Under the pieces are notes generated by a model, which saw nothing but the letters and a program-made list of their open reading frames with translations, was not told where the DNA came from and made no database searches. DNA of 64,000 bases, from assembly GCF_009834535.1 (NCBI RefSeq), contig NC_045698.1, positions 3,660,001-3,724,000 on the forward strand, read 5' to 3'. Source of the DNA: Camelus ferus. Lineage: Eukaryota. The translations under genes were made by a program, and so were the position numbers. Shown here one piece after another: positions 12,241 through 25,900 of the stretch (its first letter is position 1; the number at the start of each line of letters is the position of its first letter).

Positions 12241-14844
12241 TGTGCTCTGACTGCACAGCTGACCAGCTGCCCACAAGGTGGACGTGGGTGAGAGAGGGAA
12301 AGGTCCTCCTCGGCCTCGGGCCTGTAACTGGGAAGGCGCAGCAGTTAACCTGGGGGAGACAGTACAGATGCCCCTTACCCAGCTGCCAGGTGAGAGCGTG
12401 TGTGCTTGAACACGCGCTCCTAGAATTCAGGCCAGAGGCCCAGGCTGGATGGTGTCAGCCGGCACTTAGAGCCGGGGGCTGGGGAAAGCTGGATGGAGAG
12501 CGAACGGGGAGGAAGAGGAGGAGGAGGACATGGCAGCTGCTTCTTTAATTTTCTGGTGGCTGGAAAGGAAAACATGGAGGTGGGGGAGAGATGTTTTAAA
12601 GGTGGGGGATGCGTATCTCAGCAAGGTGTCCTCATCTTGCACAACTGTTGTCACAGCTGCCTATCACCCTTTCCTCCTTCACCTGGGTCTTCCCAGGGTT
12701 CGGGCATGCTCTCTCTGGATGGCCCCCATCCCCCTGGCCGCACCCTGCAGAGTGTAAGTGTGGGCGGCCCACCCCTCGGGGTGAGCAAGGCTCAGAGCAG
12801 GTCTGGTTAGAAACAACCCCAAGAAGATTTTCCAGAGGAGGCGGACTTGAACGGGCCTTGAGCTGGTAGGATTCAGTATCTGGGATGGCAGGTGGGTGTC
12901 ATTTGCAGGTCACGTGCAACCATTCAGAGTGAATGGCTGGAGCAGCATGTGTGCAGGGTGGGGAGCCAGGCACACTCCAAATGGCTGGTGTCCACGGAGA
13001 TGGGTGAAGGAGGGTGTGGGCAGGGTGGTGGTGAACGGACGAGGCGTCTGTAACTGTGGAGGGCAGCACTGAGCAGGGCCGCTCTGAAGCCACTCGGCTG
13101 ACTGACTTTTTAATCACCATGTCTGTGCAACTTCCTCTCTGGGAGCTCTGTCACCCTGGGTGACATCTGGGGCGCGCGGCCTTTGGAGTTATCTCAGGCA
13201 CCACCACTACTTTACTCCTGGCTGCCTGCTTCCTCTCAGCCTTGCCCTGGGCTTCTGGAACACCTGCAAGGCACTTTTTCTCCTCCTGGGTCCCTGGACC
13301 GCTCCCACGGAGAGGCCCAAGGTTTCTAGTGGACAGAAAACCCCTACGTTGTCCAACGCTGGTTAAAGTGCGCTCACTCCCAGCCCATCCCACTTCCCCC
13401 AGCCCCGGGCATTACTGATCTGATGGCCTCTGGCCTTCCACTGTCCCTGGACCACTCCTGGGCACACAGTCTAGCTCTGAGGGGTTCACTCGACGGCTAG
13501 TCACTGACCTGAGGCGAGGGGGAGACACCTTCCTCCCTCTCCTATTCTCTTCTATGGGGTGGGTGGGACGTGCTTTGGCATACCAGTTCCCTGACAATAT
13601 CCTCTCCCATCCCTGGTGAAGAATCAAAACCTCACTATGACCTAGGACAGTAGGAAACACTGGGGCAAAGGCAGCTTAGCACCAAGCATGGTGGACGTGA
13701 ATGGGCAGATGGCAAGTTGGTTCCTACAAAGCACCTCCACACCGGATTTCCCCAGAAGATGGCCTTTCTACTATGCTGAGAAAGGGCTGATGTGTCATAA
13801 ATATGGCTGGAAATTCCCTTTGGGTCTAAAACACAGCTAGGGAAAGACAGACATCTTGTGGGCTTCTGTTAGCATTACATCACAGCTCTGGAAACTAATA
13901 CAACTCAATCAGGTCATGTCACTGAATTGGAGACTGCGAGAGTTGTCAGCTACTCCATAAAATCTCTCTCAGGGTTTTCAAAGAAAGGAGAAACATAGCT
14001 TATTTTTCTTATGGTATAATTCATCAAATGAAAGAATAGTTTTTCATAAAGCAAAATACAAGAACGTTCAAAGAACAAATAGCTTTCTATTGAGTTCTTC
14101 TGATAAAAGCCTTGACTTTGAGATAAAATCTATTAGCCATTTCAGTGGAATCATATGCTAATAAATTAAACGATCAGTTTAATTAACCTCATAACTATGC
14201 TATATTCTAAAGTTTTAATTCTGAGAAGTTACTGAGTGTCTGGTCCTGAGTAGCTGGCAATGAGGGGTGGAGCGAGAACTGACACTTTTGTAGTTGAACC
14301 CTCTAAATAACTGGACTCCACAGGCACAGGGGAGACGCAGAATCTAGGCCAGAATCTAGACATCCCCCAGGTCTTAGTGCACTCTGACAGAAAAACACAA
14401 AGTTTTTCTTTGAAGTTTGAGAATTAAAATGTTAAAAAAAAAAAGACACAAAACCCCTCAAACAAACCCTCTCTTTGTATGAGCAGGCTTGAGATAAATT
14501 TATCTATTTTCCAAAATCGATAATGCCATCAAGAAACTGTTAACACGTCCTGTCTCTACAGTAGATCCTGTGGACTTGGCCCTGTCCTTGTCATTTTACA
14601 TTTAAATTATAGCCAGTCCTCTGCAAGGAAATACCAGCTCAAATAGGTCACTTGTTTGAGTATTCACAGCCAAGCGTGTGGTTCCAAAGCCACTGCTCAC
14701 TACTGCAGTGTAGACATCTGCTTCTTTGATTCCATCAAACAGGACAAAATAGGTGTGGCCCATCACATGGGAAAGAGGAAAAATGTCACTTTTATCATTC
14801 CTTATCTAGTGGTCTACACTGATTTCCATTATTAATCAGAATCA

Positions 14845-15005
14845 CACTTGTTTTTGTACAGCCTCCAAGGTGAGAATGATTTTTACATCTTGAGAGGGTT
14901 CTTCAAAAAACAAAAAAATGAGAAGACATACGGTAGAGACCTGTATGGCCCCCCCAAAGCCTAAAATATTTACTGTGTGGCTTTTTACAGAAAGTTTACA
15001 GAAAG
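14845..15005. mobile_element. hAT-Charlie MITE fragment (MER58-like)
   Basis: agagacctgtatggccccccaaagcctaaaatatttactgtgtggctttttacagaaagttt. Confidence 0.7.
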
Positions 15006-16140
15006 GGGGTAAGTTACACTCTACGTTACGTAAACCAGGCTTTTTTTTCTTTAAACATCTTATAGAGTTCCCAGTTCCAGCAAGGGTAGGTGTGTGGTGT
15101 GTTGTGTGTGTGTGGGTGGACAGGAGAAAATGCTGGAGGGTTAGTTGGTGCCTCCTCCACTAAGGTACTCTGGGGAAAAACACTCGTTTGGGAAACCTTA
15201 AAAAGGAAGTTACTGTTAAGACCTATTTGTCTGGGATCAGAGACCAGAAATGGAACGTCATCAGGACCACAAGGATCTCCTCTCCCCTTTCTCCAAGACA
15301 CACGGTCTGTCATGGAAGGTACACCTGCTTCCCCGCTGTGCATTTGCTCTCTTCTCCTTTCCCTTTTAACCTTTGTTTTCTGTGCGTCCCACGGCACTTT
15401 CGTGGACAAGTACCGGCCTGTCCTAAGTGTCTGAGACATGCAATCTAGCAGTCTACAGTCCCTCACGTGGTGTATACCTGAGAGCTAAGATATTTGGAGA
15501 AGAACCCAGGCTACTTTCTGGGAAGGGGTGTTTTCAACTGCAATTTCCATCCTTAAGATTTAGGAAGGAGTCGGTAAGGTCTGGACATCTCAACACACAC
15601 AATGCTTGTACTGGACCCTAAGAATTTGGACTTTATAACCAGACGTTTGGAAACCATGGAAGTCTTCTGAGCAAGGTAGCGATGGCAACAATCTATGATA
15701 ATTAAAAAGGTTCTGGTAGCGGTGGATATTGAAATAGAGAGGGGAAAACCTCCGCTCAAACAAGAGGATCAAGGCCTGAATTTATCCAGGAATTGCGGTC
15801 AGGTGAGGATTTCTTTTCCTTTATCCCTTCCCAAGAGATTTTAAAAATAAGACTTGGCAGTGGCTGGCTATTGACCGCTGGCGGGGTCGCCGAGGATTCG
15901 GCCATGCGCCGTGCTTGGCACCTGGCTTCACGGACGCGGCGGGGACCGGTCTGGAAAGACATGGAGGAGCGCTGGGTCCGACGGCAAGTGGACACAGGGG
16001 GCAGGCCGAGCTGCCGGGAAGAAAGACAGACGTTCCCAGAGGAAGGACAGGTCACTGCAGGCCACGGCCAAGGCGAGGCGCCGCAGCGCACCGAGCGCGG
16101 CCGGAGGAACCGCTCGGGCTGCGCCCGCCGCGAGGGGCAG

Positions 16141-16153
16141 CGGGAACCGTAGT
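16141..16153 (-). promoter_or_regulatory. ACTAYRNNNCCCR motif (ZNF143/THAP11-HCF1 associated)
   Basis: The reverse complement reads ACTACGGTTCCCG, an exact match to the consensus. Confidence 0.6.
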
Positions 16154-16207
16154 CCTCACGTCTCCTCCTGGGACCGGCCGGACCGGGGCAGCGCGGTTCC
16201 CCGCAGC

Positions 16208-16214
16208 TATAAAT
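16208..16214. promoter_or_regulatory. TATA-like element (TATAAAT) inside the CpG island
   Basis: Isolated AT-rich heptamer in GC-rich DNA. Its orientation and use are unknown. Confidence 0.35.
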
Positions 16215-16266
16215 CGCGCACTAGCCCGTCTGGTGCGGGGTCCTTCAGGGCCAGGAGGCGCCTGAG

Positions 16267-16274
16267 TGACGTCA
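16267..16274. promoter_or_regulatory. Full palindromic CRE (CREB/ATF site)
   Basis: TGACGTCA. Confidence 0.65.
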
Positions 16275-16499
16275 TCCCCAGGTCGCCGCCCCTCTGTCGA
16301 AGGCTTTAGGTGTCTAAAGAAACCGTGCCACACAGCAAGCCGGCAACGAAAGATGAAACCCTAAACGGTGGGAGAGGGGTCCTCCATTGCCTCTTCTCTC
16401 TTCGGCTCTTCCTTCGCGCGCGTCTTCCCTGCCGCACCTGCGCGGCCTCACTCCCTGCTTTGCTCAGGCAGCGCTTCAGGCAGCCCCGCTCCGAGGCGA

Positions 16500-16528
16500 G
16501 GGGCGGGGCGAGCCAGGGCGGGGCGGGG
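16500..16528 (+). promoter_or_regulatory. Clustered GC boxes (Sp/KLF), possible G-quadruplex
   Basis: GGGGCGGGGCGAGCCAGGGCGGGGCGGGG. Confidence 0.65.
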
Positions 16529-16645
16529 TCCTGGCTGGGCTGCGTCGCGCTCGGGGGCCGCGCCGGGTAGCGTTTCTTTCTAGTGCTGGAGGCGGCTCTG
16601 GCTAGGAGAGCCCTTCGCCGGCTCCACGGGGACCTCTGTGCACGG

Positions 16646-16741
16646 ATGGACCCGCCCGGACCCGGCGGGAAGCGGCCTGGCAGGCGGCGGCCCCGGCGGC
16701 GTCAGCAGAGGCAGGGCAGGGCCGAGGCCACGGGTCCCTGA
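16646..16741 (+). other. Candidate upstream ORF (31 aa, MDPPGPGGKRPGRRRPRRRQQRQGRAEATGP*)
   Basis: ATG 16646 is out of frame with ICE1 and TGA is at 16739-16741. It matters only if the TSS lies upstream of 16646. Confidence 0.45.
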
Positions 16742-16775
16742 GGCGCGCGGGCCCACCGGGCCCGGCGGCGGCACC

Positions 16776-16859
16776 ATGATGCCGGGCGAGACCCACTCGG
16801 CGGCGCCCGGGACGGCGGCGGACCTCTCGCGCTGTCAGGGCTGCGCCTCCCTGCAGCAG
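16776..16859 (+). CDS. ICE1: ICE1 coding exon 1 (84 nt, MMPGETH...ASLQQ)
   Basis: ATG at 16776; donor CAG|GTGCGG at 16860; phase 0. Confidence 0.95.
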
Positions 16860-19800
16860 GTGCGGCGTCTCCCCTGGGCTGAGAATGTGGAGGGGCTGGG
16901 TCGACCGTCCATGGCGCGGCGCTGGGGGTCTGGCTGCGCGGGCGACCCCTCCGCGCCGTGCTCCCGCCCCTGGGCTGAAGCTCCCCCTCCTCCCTTTCGT
17001 CTAACCTTCTCCTGCAGTCGATTTGGGAGTGGTTTGCGTTGTTTAGCTTTGGGATCCAGGATTCGTTTAATGGGATGCGGTGGTGGGGCGGGGGAGCAAA
17101 CGAGTTCTGGAGGGCCCTCTCCACTTACCCAGTCTCGTATTCCCCAAGGCTCACTTTTGATGAGTCGTGGTCAAAATGACAAGGGACGCTGCTTCTTCAA
17201 GGATAAAGTTTTTTGTTGTGCTGGCTCATCTTAAAATATTTCTTGCCTGGGGGCAGGATCTTTTGCGGCCTACGGTTGGCTAGGAGGTTCATTCATCATT
17301 AAAGGCACGCGGATACTGGAGGTTTTTAACAGTAGCGTGGACTGTTCGCTACAGTGACAGCAGAGGAGTTGCAAGTGTCTGGCCCTGGATCTTGCGGAAT
17401 AGTAGGAATAGTCTCGAATACTCTTTTCCAGCTGGACTCTCCCAGCTGTCTGGTGTCGGGAGTCTCTCTTCAGTATCTTCAATGGTAAAGTGGAGCCATC
17501 CACGGCCGTACAAAGGTGTAATTAGATTATCGCTTATTCTACTGAGGGTTCTAGGCAGTAGGGACATGGTAGTGAACAAAATAGGTAAAAAATTGCTTTC
17601 ATAAGTAAGATCTATGCCTGCAAATAAGACTTTGGAAGGTCTGAAGTGTTAGGAGAAAAAGGAGGAGTCAGAGTGGTGGTCTTGGCTCTTGGCTGGGGTG
17701 CAGGCAGGGTATTTTTGAGGAGGTGACATTTGAATGATGAGAAGGAGCAGACTAGAAAAGGTGTGGGAAGAGCTTTCTAGGAGGAGCCTTCTAGCTTCCT
17801 AGGTAGGGGCATTAGCAGGTGAATGGCTGTTGAGGTGAGAAGGAGCACATGAGGAGCAGAATAAGGGCTGGTTGGTGTGAAAGCAGTGCAGAGGGGAGAG
17901 TTCTGATGAAACCAGAAAAGAATGTAGGCCAGACAGGCCATCAGGAGAAGTTTAGTTTTTTTTTTCTTTCTTTTTTTCCCCCTCCAAACTGCATTGCCTA
18001 TGAACTGATCCCAAACGTTTTAAGGCTGAACGCAGGGGAGGGAGAAAGTCTCCCTCTTTGTCGTGGGCCGGCACTCTGGAATAGGAGGGCTAATAGTAAC
18101 ATCGTTGCCTGTGCTGAGCTGCCTCTTATAAACATTGTTTATAATCTGCTTTTATGTTTTCCCCTCAAAACCTAGGAACATGAGCAAAGTTCTTTTAAAT
18201 CTTTAGTAAGTTATATTTCTTCCTTGGGCCAGTTTATTCCCTCAACAAATGTTTACTGATCACCTGTTGTGTTTTAGGCAGTACAGTTACTACTGGGGGA
18301 GAGACAAATATTCTTGATCTCTTGGAGCTTCCATTTTAGGAGGTGGGGGGAGGAGGTAGGATAAAACAAGTTACGTGGGAAGGTAGTAAATACATTGGAG
18401 ATGAGATGGGCAGAAAAGGGGGAGAACAGAAGGGCAAGGAAGGAGCCGGTTGGTGGAATTAAGGCAGAAGTCCTGGGAGGCCTCACAGAGCTTGTGTTTG
18501 AGAAAAGGGGGTGAGGTAAGCTCTGTAGACGGCTTGGGAGGAAGGCATCCCAGACAGTGGGAAGATGAGGTGCGGCTGACGCAGGAGCTTGTTTGGTGTG
18601 CTTGGGAAGAGAAGGGGGCCACTAGCTGGGGTGGCGTGACCGTTTGGGGCTGTTGTAACGAAGTACCATAAACTGGGTGGCTTTTGAGGCAATAGGAATT
18701 TTATTTCTCACAGGTATGGTGGCTGGGAAGTCCAAGATCAAGGGGCTGGCAAACTTGGTATCTGATGAGAGCAAGATTCCTGGTTCATGCTTTCTTCTTG
18801 TTGTGTCCTCACATGGCTGAAGGGGAAAGACAGCTCTCTGGAGTCTCTTTTACAAGAGCACTCATTCCATCCACGAGGGTTCTGCCCTTAGGACCTCCTC
18901 ACCTCTCAAAGGCCCAGCCTCCGAATAGCTATCACGTTGGAGACGATATTTCCACATGTGAACGTCGCAGGGGCACATGTGGCCTGCAGCAGTCAGGGAG
19001 TTTGAAGTCAGAAGAGAGAGCCTGATTGTGGGAGCCCTTAGAGACTATTGTAAGGGTTTTGGCTTTTACTCTGAAAGGTTTGTGAATCGTGGGAGGCTTT
19101 TGTGCGGGAGAACAACTGCTGTAAACTGTGCTTTTCAGTTGTTGATCTGATTTTCCTTCAAAATCCTGTATACCCGTAGTGGTCCCCATCCTGCTTCAAA
19201 GTAGCAACTGTTTGCTTCTGGTTGCTTAGGCCAGAAACTAGGTGTCATCCTTGGTTCCTCACTTCTCTCTCACAACCTGCATCCAGTCCGTCAGCTGATT
19301 CTGCTGGCTCCGTCCTTGTTATCCCCCACTGTCTTGCCGTTCCCACTGCTCCCACCCTTGGTGAGCCAGCATGATCTCTGGCCTAGAGGTTATCTCAGTA
19401 GCTTCCTAGGACGCCCTCCTTCCACCCTTGTCACGTTCCCCCTCTAGGTTCTGAGAACAGCAGTAGGAGCAATCCTGCTAAGTCTCTGAGTCCAAGGGTC
19501 TGCAGGCCTTTTCTGTAAGGGATAAAGTGATAGATATTTAGGTGTCGCGGTCTTGTTCACAGCTCCCCAACTCTGCCTGTGTAGTGTAAGCACAGCCACA
19601 GTCATACGGGAGGAATGGGCGTGGTTATGCTCCCTGGAACCCTGCTTTGGAAAAACAGGCAGAGGGCCTTTGCAGACCTCTTTCCTAGACTGTAGCACTC
19701 CATTGTATTTGGGTTTTCTGTTGCCTGAAATGCTTTTTTAGCGGAAGGGGATGGTTAGATGTGAGTGGAGTCTCTGAAACAAATCTTTAATATTGCAAAG

Positions 19801-22800
19801 TAAAGCTGGAAGAAGAGATTCCATGCAGATTGTGGAGGACCTTGAATGGGAACCTGCCTGGAAGTTCTGTACTTACTTCCGTTCGCAGTGCGGAGCAGCA
19901 AAGGGCTTGGTGTGGTACCGCACAAGGGCCATGCTGTGGTAGAAATCACCCGTGCTGCGTGCAGGCCTCAGGAGGGGGTAGATTACTTCACTAGCGCATG
20001 CTGATAAATGTGTGGCTTCACTGAAGGGTCTTGGAAATGGGACAGCGAAGAAAAAGGTTCTGAGTGTGAGAAACTGCAGAGTGGACAGATCTCAAGCCGG
20101 GAAAATAGAAGCTTCAGGGAGTCAAAGCCCTGGTGAGTGTGAGGACGGTGGTAGAGGTAGGAGAACGCGGGCCCCAAGAGGGAAGAGATGTTGGAAACGT
20201 GGGCCCGAAGTTTTGGAATGAATGATTTCAGCACTGGGGGTTTTCAGCTGTTTCACATTGTGTGTGGAGCCAAGTGCCTCCAAGGAAATAGAGAAGCAGC
20301 AGGTTAGATGGACACCGAGTTCCTTGTAAGAGTTTTGCTTGGGGAGGGGTGGGGAGAGGACAGTGGGGGAATGTGTCCTGTCACTTCAAAGGAACTTTGT
20401 AAACCTTGGTGGTAATTAGTGAGACTGCCTGCCATCATGAGGGGTCAGCGAAGAAAACCCACCAGCTCATGACTCAGGGCTACGGCAGGGGGAAAGGGAT
20501 ACACAGGAAGCGGGTAGGAAGTCAGGATGGGGAAGGAGGACTGAGAACAGGCGATGCACGTACCCGTGGAGAGGACGTTTCTGCAGGGTTACACAGCATC
20601 ACAGCAAGTTCTGTATTTCAGCTAAAATTGTGCCCGAGAGACGAGGCTCCGTACACGGAGAAGGGGTCCGGCTGTGCAGTTTGAACACACTGAACCTCCT
20701 GGACTTGCAGAACATTTATGAGCATTTAACAAGCATCCGGCCACACCTCCACGGGAGGCTGGCTGTCCCGGGTGGCCCAGCAGTTCGCCTGGACTGCGGG
20801 TCTTCCTTCGTGCCTCAGTCCTCCCTGTGCTTTTTCTCTTTAGTGGGTGCAGAGGTACACTGCCTTTGCTGAGATCATTGCTTCGTTCAGACATTTGTAG
20901 ATTGACCGCATCTTTTTTCGTGGTCTCACAGATCCTCTCATCTCTGTTTTCATCCTGTTGGCTATAATGGTTCATCACTGGTCTGTAGCTTAGTGTCCAT
21001 GTGGGTTGCCAAACTTGAGGAGTCCTGAACCACTGGATCCTCAATCTGGTGATGTTATGCTGACCCCAGGCCACCTGGAGTTGGAGGAACAACAGCTCAG
21101 ACCCCACCTCCTTCCCTAGGGGCCGGGCAGTAGTGGGGCACAGTGTGTGCACCCCTAAAGGAACGTGAGTCAGGGCCCTCAGTGCCCTCTGCCTGGGCGC
21201 AGCCGCTCTGCACTCACGGTCCTGAGACTCCTGAGTTAGAGACCTTGGTTGCTACCGACATAATCGGATAGAAGGAAGAAGAGTCTTTATTGTGATACTG
21301 CAGTTGCCGACCAGAACTGAGCTGCCGCGCAACCAGGCCATCGGGAAATAGTGAGGGACTAGCGTGCTGTAGGAAACCAAGAAGTTGTCTTCACTTCGTT
21401 TCATTTTCCCGTGTAATTCCCCATTTTGTAATTGTAAGTTTTTAAAATCAGAGTTAGACATGAGCATAGCTTGGAGACACAGCTGGATATGCAGCTTGTT
21501 AAGCCCCTGCCAGCCTAGCCCGCTTCCCAGGGGACCCCGCTGCGTTTGCACTCTGCTGTGTCTCAGGTTGTGAAGTAATAGACGTGTGTTGCTACTTCTT
21601 GTTTTCCAGTTTTAGGCATATTGTTCAGTTTCTGACTTTGGAAGGTGAAGACTGAGCTGTCTTTCTGCCCTGCACCCCAGCACGCCTTAGTCTCCCCTCA
21701 CCCCCCAAAATCCTCTCCGCGTGGCTATGACTTCCCTTAGGTCACTATTTGGAGGTGACATTATTATGGTGGTTTGTTTTAGAGCCAAACTCTGGAGTCC
21801 ATTTCAGTTACTTTTCCTTTCCTGTGTGTTTTCTTGTTTCCCCTGGTGAATGATTGTATTCTTAATTCAATGTATTCATCTTGAAAATGTTAACAAATGC
21901 TTATTATAAGTCAGAGACAAAGTTAAATACTTATACGGCTCATTCTGTTTAATCCTGGCCAGTTAGGGACCCCCCGCCCCGCCAGCACACCATAAACCAA
22001 TGTTTCAGTCTCCTTATCTGCAGCGTGGGAAGTGGTACTGAGGCAGGGGTCAGTGAGGTCAGTGTGCCCATGGTGCGCATCCGCAGGGTGCTGGAACAGG
22101 ACCGTGAACCCAGCTGTGCCTGACTCAAGCCTGAGCTTTCTGGAATGTCTCTGGCGGGGGACTTGACATCACAGAATGGCATCTGGAGGCAAGACTGGGA
22201 AGATGAGATGGACTCGCAAAAACTCCAAAGAGAACGGGAAAAAAAAGAGGTTCTTTAAAAAAACAATCAATTTAAATGCGTGATGGAGCCACATTTGCTT
22301 GCCCTTCTCTGCCAGTCACGTAGAAATACCACCTTAACGCTTTCATTCCACCCGGTGCTCTGTCGTTTTATTAGGGGAGAACTTCCCCCCAAGCCTTTAG
22401 ACCGGCTCTAACCTGCACGTGCGAGGCTGCCTCCCAGATTCTCTAGTGCTCTGTTTTGTGTCCCACATTGTCCTCCCTGGATTCACTCCACGATTTGGGT
22501 GGAACGTGTTCACGTGCTCGTGTACCTCCCTGAGCAAGGGTGTCTGGGAAGTTTGCGGAGACTACAGATTTGAGAATGCCTTCTAGCATCATGATTGGTT
22601 GGTAGCTTGTATGGAATTTTCCTCTGGGATCATTTTCCTGTAGGCTTTTGAAGGCTTGCTTTCTGGTCTCTAGGGTTCTAGGTCTCTGGATTATTGTTTA
22701 AGTCTGAAGCCATTCTGACTCCAGGTTCTTTGTGACTTTTAAAAAAAATTTTTCTCTCATTCTTACAGGATCTTTGCTTTGTCTCTGATGATCTGAAGTT

Positions 22801-22932
22801 TTGTGCTGATGTTTCATGGTTTGGATCCTGTTTGTATCCATTTGCTGGGCTCTTTCTGGAAACTTCTGGCTTCAGTTCTGGGGTTTTCTTCTTGAATACC
22901 AGCAGTGTTTCTTTAGCGACCGCCCCATCTCT

Positions 22933-22990
<58 letters not shown>

Positions 22991-25900
22991 GCAGGGCGCA
23001 GGAGACTCCTTGCGCTGACACTCCGATTGTTTCTATTTTTGCTCTTCCCCTGTCTGTTTTACTTTATTTTGCAGGGCTTTTTTTTTTTCAACTTTACCAT
23101 CAAATGTTCTGAGTCTTTTATTTTGCTTTCCTGTTTTTAATTTAGTTATAATAAACAGTTTTACTGAAGTATAATTCACATGCCATAAACTTTATACTCT
23201 TAAGATGTACAACTCAGTAGTTTTTAGTATTTGCACAGTCAAGCAACCCAGTCAGCAGTGTGTAATTATAAACCATGTTTATCCTGCCCCTGTGCCCCCG
23301 CCAAGAAACCCCTTAAGTTTCGGCAGTCATTCCCTCCCCCGGCGCCCAAGTCCTGGGCAGTCGCTTACCTGCTTCCTGGCTCTCTGGATTTGCCTGCTGT
23401 GGATGGTTCATATGGATGGGGTCATACAGGAGCCTTTTGTGACTGGCTTCTTTTGCTTAGTGTGTTTTCAAGGTCCATCCATATTGTAGCTCGTGCCATC
23501 CATTCCTGTTCATCATCGGTCAGTCCCGTCGTGTGGCTATCTGACGTTTTGTGTATCTGTCCGTCAGCTGCTGACCCACCCCTTTATCAGTTGACACTTA
23601 ATTGATTTCCACTTTTTGGCTGGTGTGAGGAAATGCTGCCATGAACCAGAGTGGACGAGTTTACGGGCAAGTGTTTCCACTTCTCCTGGGTGTATACCTG
23701 GGAATGAAATTGCTTCTTGTATAGTTAGCTGTTTACCACTTTTTGTTTGTTTGTTTACCATTTTGAAGAGCTGCCAGATTATTTTCCACAGCAGTTGCAC
23801 CTTTCATATTCCACTGGCAGTGTATGAGGGGTCCAGTTTCTCCACGGCTTCATTTTGATTTTAGCCATCCTAGTGGGTGTTTGTTTTTAATTTAAAAAAG
23901 ATTTCTAAGAACTCTGAATATTTCTTTTAAAGACAGCTGCTGTTCTTGTTTCTTGAATATAACATTTATCTCAGATCATATTAATATTTTTAAAGTTATG
24001 TTTTAAGTTTTTATTTCGTCTGAGTGCTTTGGCTCATTTTGTTTTGGTCTCTCATGCTACAGGGTTTCTCTCTGATGTTTGGAAATCCTTGATTGTTTGT
24101 TCTCATTAGAAGCAGTGGCTAATACAGTGGTTGGAGACACCTAGTGTGTGGGGCTTTGGGGCCCTGAGCTTCACGTCAGTACCTTTAGATCTTGTCTCCA
24201 GGCTGGTCAGATTTCTTCAGAAAACCTGCTTCTAAGTGTCCCGCCTTGAGGGCAAAAGGGTTGGCTGGCACTGTCTGGGAGCTGAATGGTCAGTGTCAGG
24301 GCGTGTGCGTGGGTGTACCTTGTCCCTCTGTCTTTGGTGCATTCCACCTGCCCCATGTGTTCACAGTGTCCCAGGCAGAGAACTTCAGAAACAGACCTTC
24401 TGCTGCATGAGGGAGGAGCAGTTTCCTAGAGGCAAAGCAGAGGCAGGCATTTGAGGATTAAACGCTTTTACCAAAAAGCTTGCAACTAGTTGCCATTTTA
24501 GTGCCCACCTTCCCCGCCTCCCGCCTTTCCAAGGAACCTGTTTCTTCCACTCTTGTTGAAGTTTTTTGCAGTATAAACTGAGAATTGACTGGTTTGTCAT
24601 CGTCCCCCACCTGCCCCACCCCTGGTTCTCCTGGGTCTGCTAAATCAGTATTCTCAGATCTGCTTTCCTGTTTCCATTTCTGTTTTATCCTGTTCTCATC
24701 CTTTGGGGGAAAATAAATCCTGACTTTAGTTTTAGGTGGTTTTAGGGAGGGAGTAAAAACAGTTGCATTATTACCCTCTCTGGTTAGAAATCTGCTATGT
24801 AGAATTTATTATGTACATAATGAAAGATTTTTTTTTATGTGGAAAGCCAGATACACTAAAGCTATTGAATAGTCCATTCATTGCCCTTTTCACATACATT
24901 GTTCAGAGTCCCTACTGTACACAAGAATAAATTCTAGAATAAAGATAGGAATTTAAAAAGGCATAAAAGTAATAGAATTAACATATAGAAGAATCCTTAT
25001 ATTTTAGCATCTTAGGTGGGGCAGAACTTTCTAAATATATCAGGAAACCAACATTTAAAAAATTAACTATGTAAATATTTAAAACTTCTGTATTCATATG
25101 TGGTTTTATTTTAATGACCACTTGACAAACATGCACATATATTTGTATATATGTATATTAGTAACATTTGACAAGATGTTACTATCCCTCATATACTGTA
25201 GCTAATAAAAAAAGTACAGCCACACCAATGAGCAAATCATACCAAGGGGCTATTACTGCAAGAAAAACTGTGACTGGTCAGAAGAGATAAGGATGGTTTC
25301 TCAGTCTTGTGAAGAAATACGAGTGAAAAATATGGCTCTAAGATTATCAAAGCTCCCAACCATCACCAGTGCAGGGAACCTATTTGGACTTTATCCTAAG
25401 GAAAAATAAAAGTGTCTCCCAGAGGATCGGGCAAGGAATGCATTGCCTGTTGTTAGTAAAGGCTGAACAGGATCTAAATGGTCTTTGGTGGAGAGTTGGT
25501 GAATTAAGTACATCCAAATGTATTTTCAATATGCAGTAACAGTTCTGAAAGGATATATGCAAAAAGTATGAGTGATTTTTGACAGGTGATGGGATCATAA
25601 GAGCATATACTTCTTACTTTATATGCTTTAATGTGTAGATTATTTTCTCAACAAATAACGTTACATGTATGACTGCAAAGAAAATGCACATATTACCATG
25701 AAGGGAAGTATCTGTATAATTCTCAAAATCAATCAGATTATCTAGTAAAAGATATTTTGGGAATAACTAGTGAAAAATAAGTTCTTATTTCTGAAGTATT
25801 TAACAGTGAAAAAAGGAGGCATTCAAGGGAAAAGTCACTTAAAAGAGAAAAAAAATCTGTTCATTTTTAAATTTTAGGAGCATTTTGAACAATGTAACTA

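Larger units (their letters stand above)
15875..17020. promoter_or_regulatory. CpG island / ICE1 promoter
   Basis: Very GC- and CpG-dense stretch around the start codon. Edges judged by eye. Confidence 0.9.

Noticed and set aside
362..15790. Many 60-190 aa ORFs upstream of ICE1, and possible exons of a neighbouring gene
   Set aside because: No coherent exon chain or recognisable protein; most overlap LTR, L1 or L2 remnants or low-complexity DNA
16638..17234. 198-aa ORF and in-frame GTG suggesting an N-terminal extension of ICE1
   Set aside because: It is exon 1 plus intron read-through. ATG 16776 has a strong Kozak context and matches the known N-terminus, and open frames are common in CpG islands.
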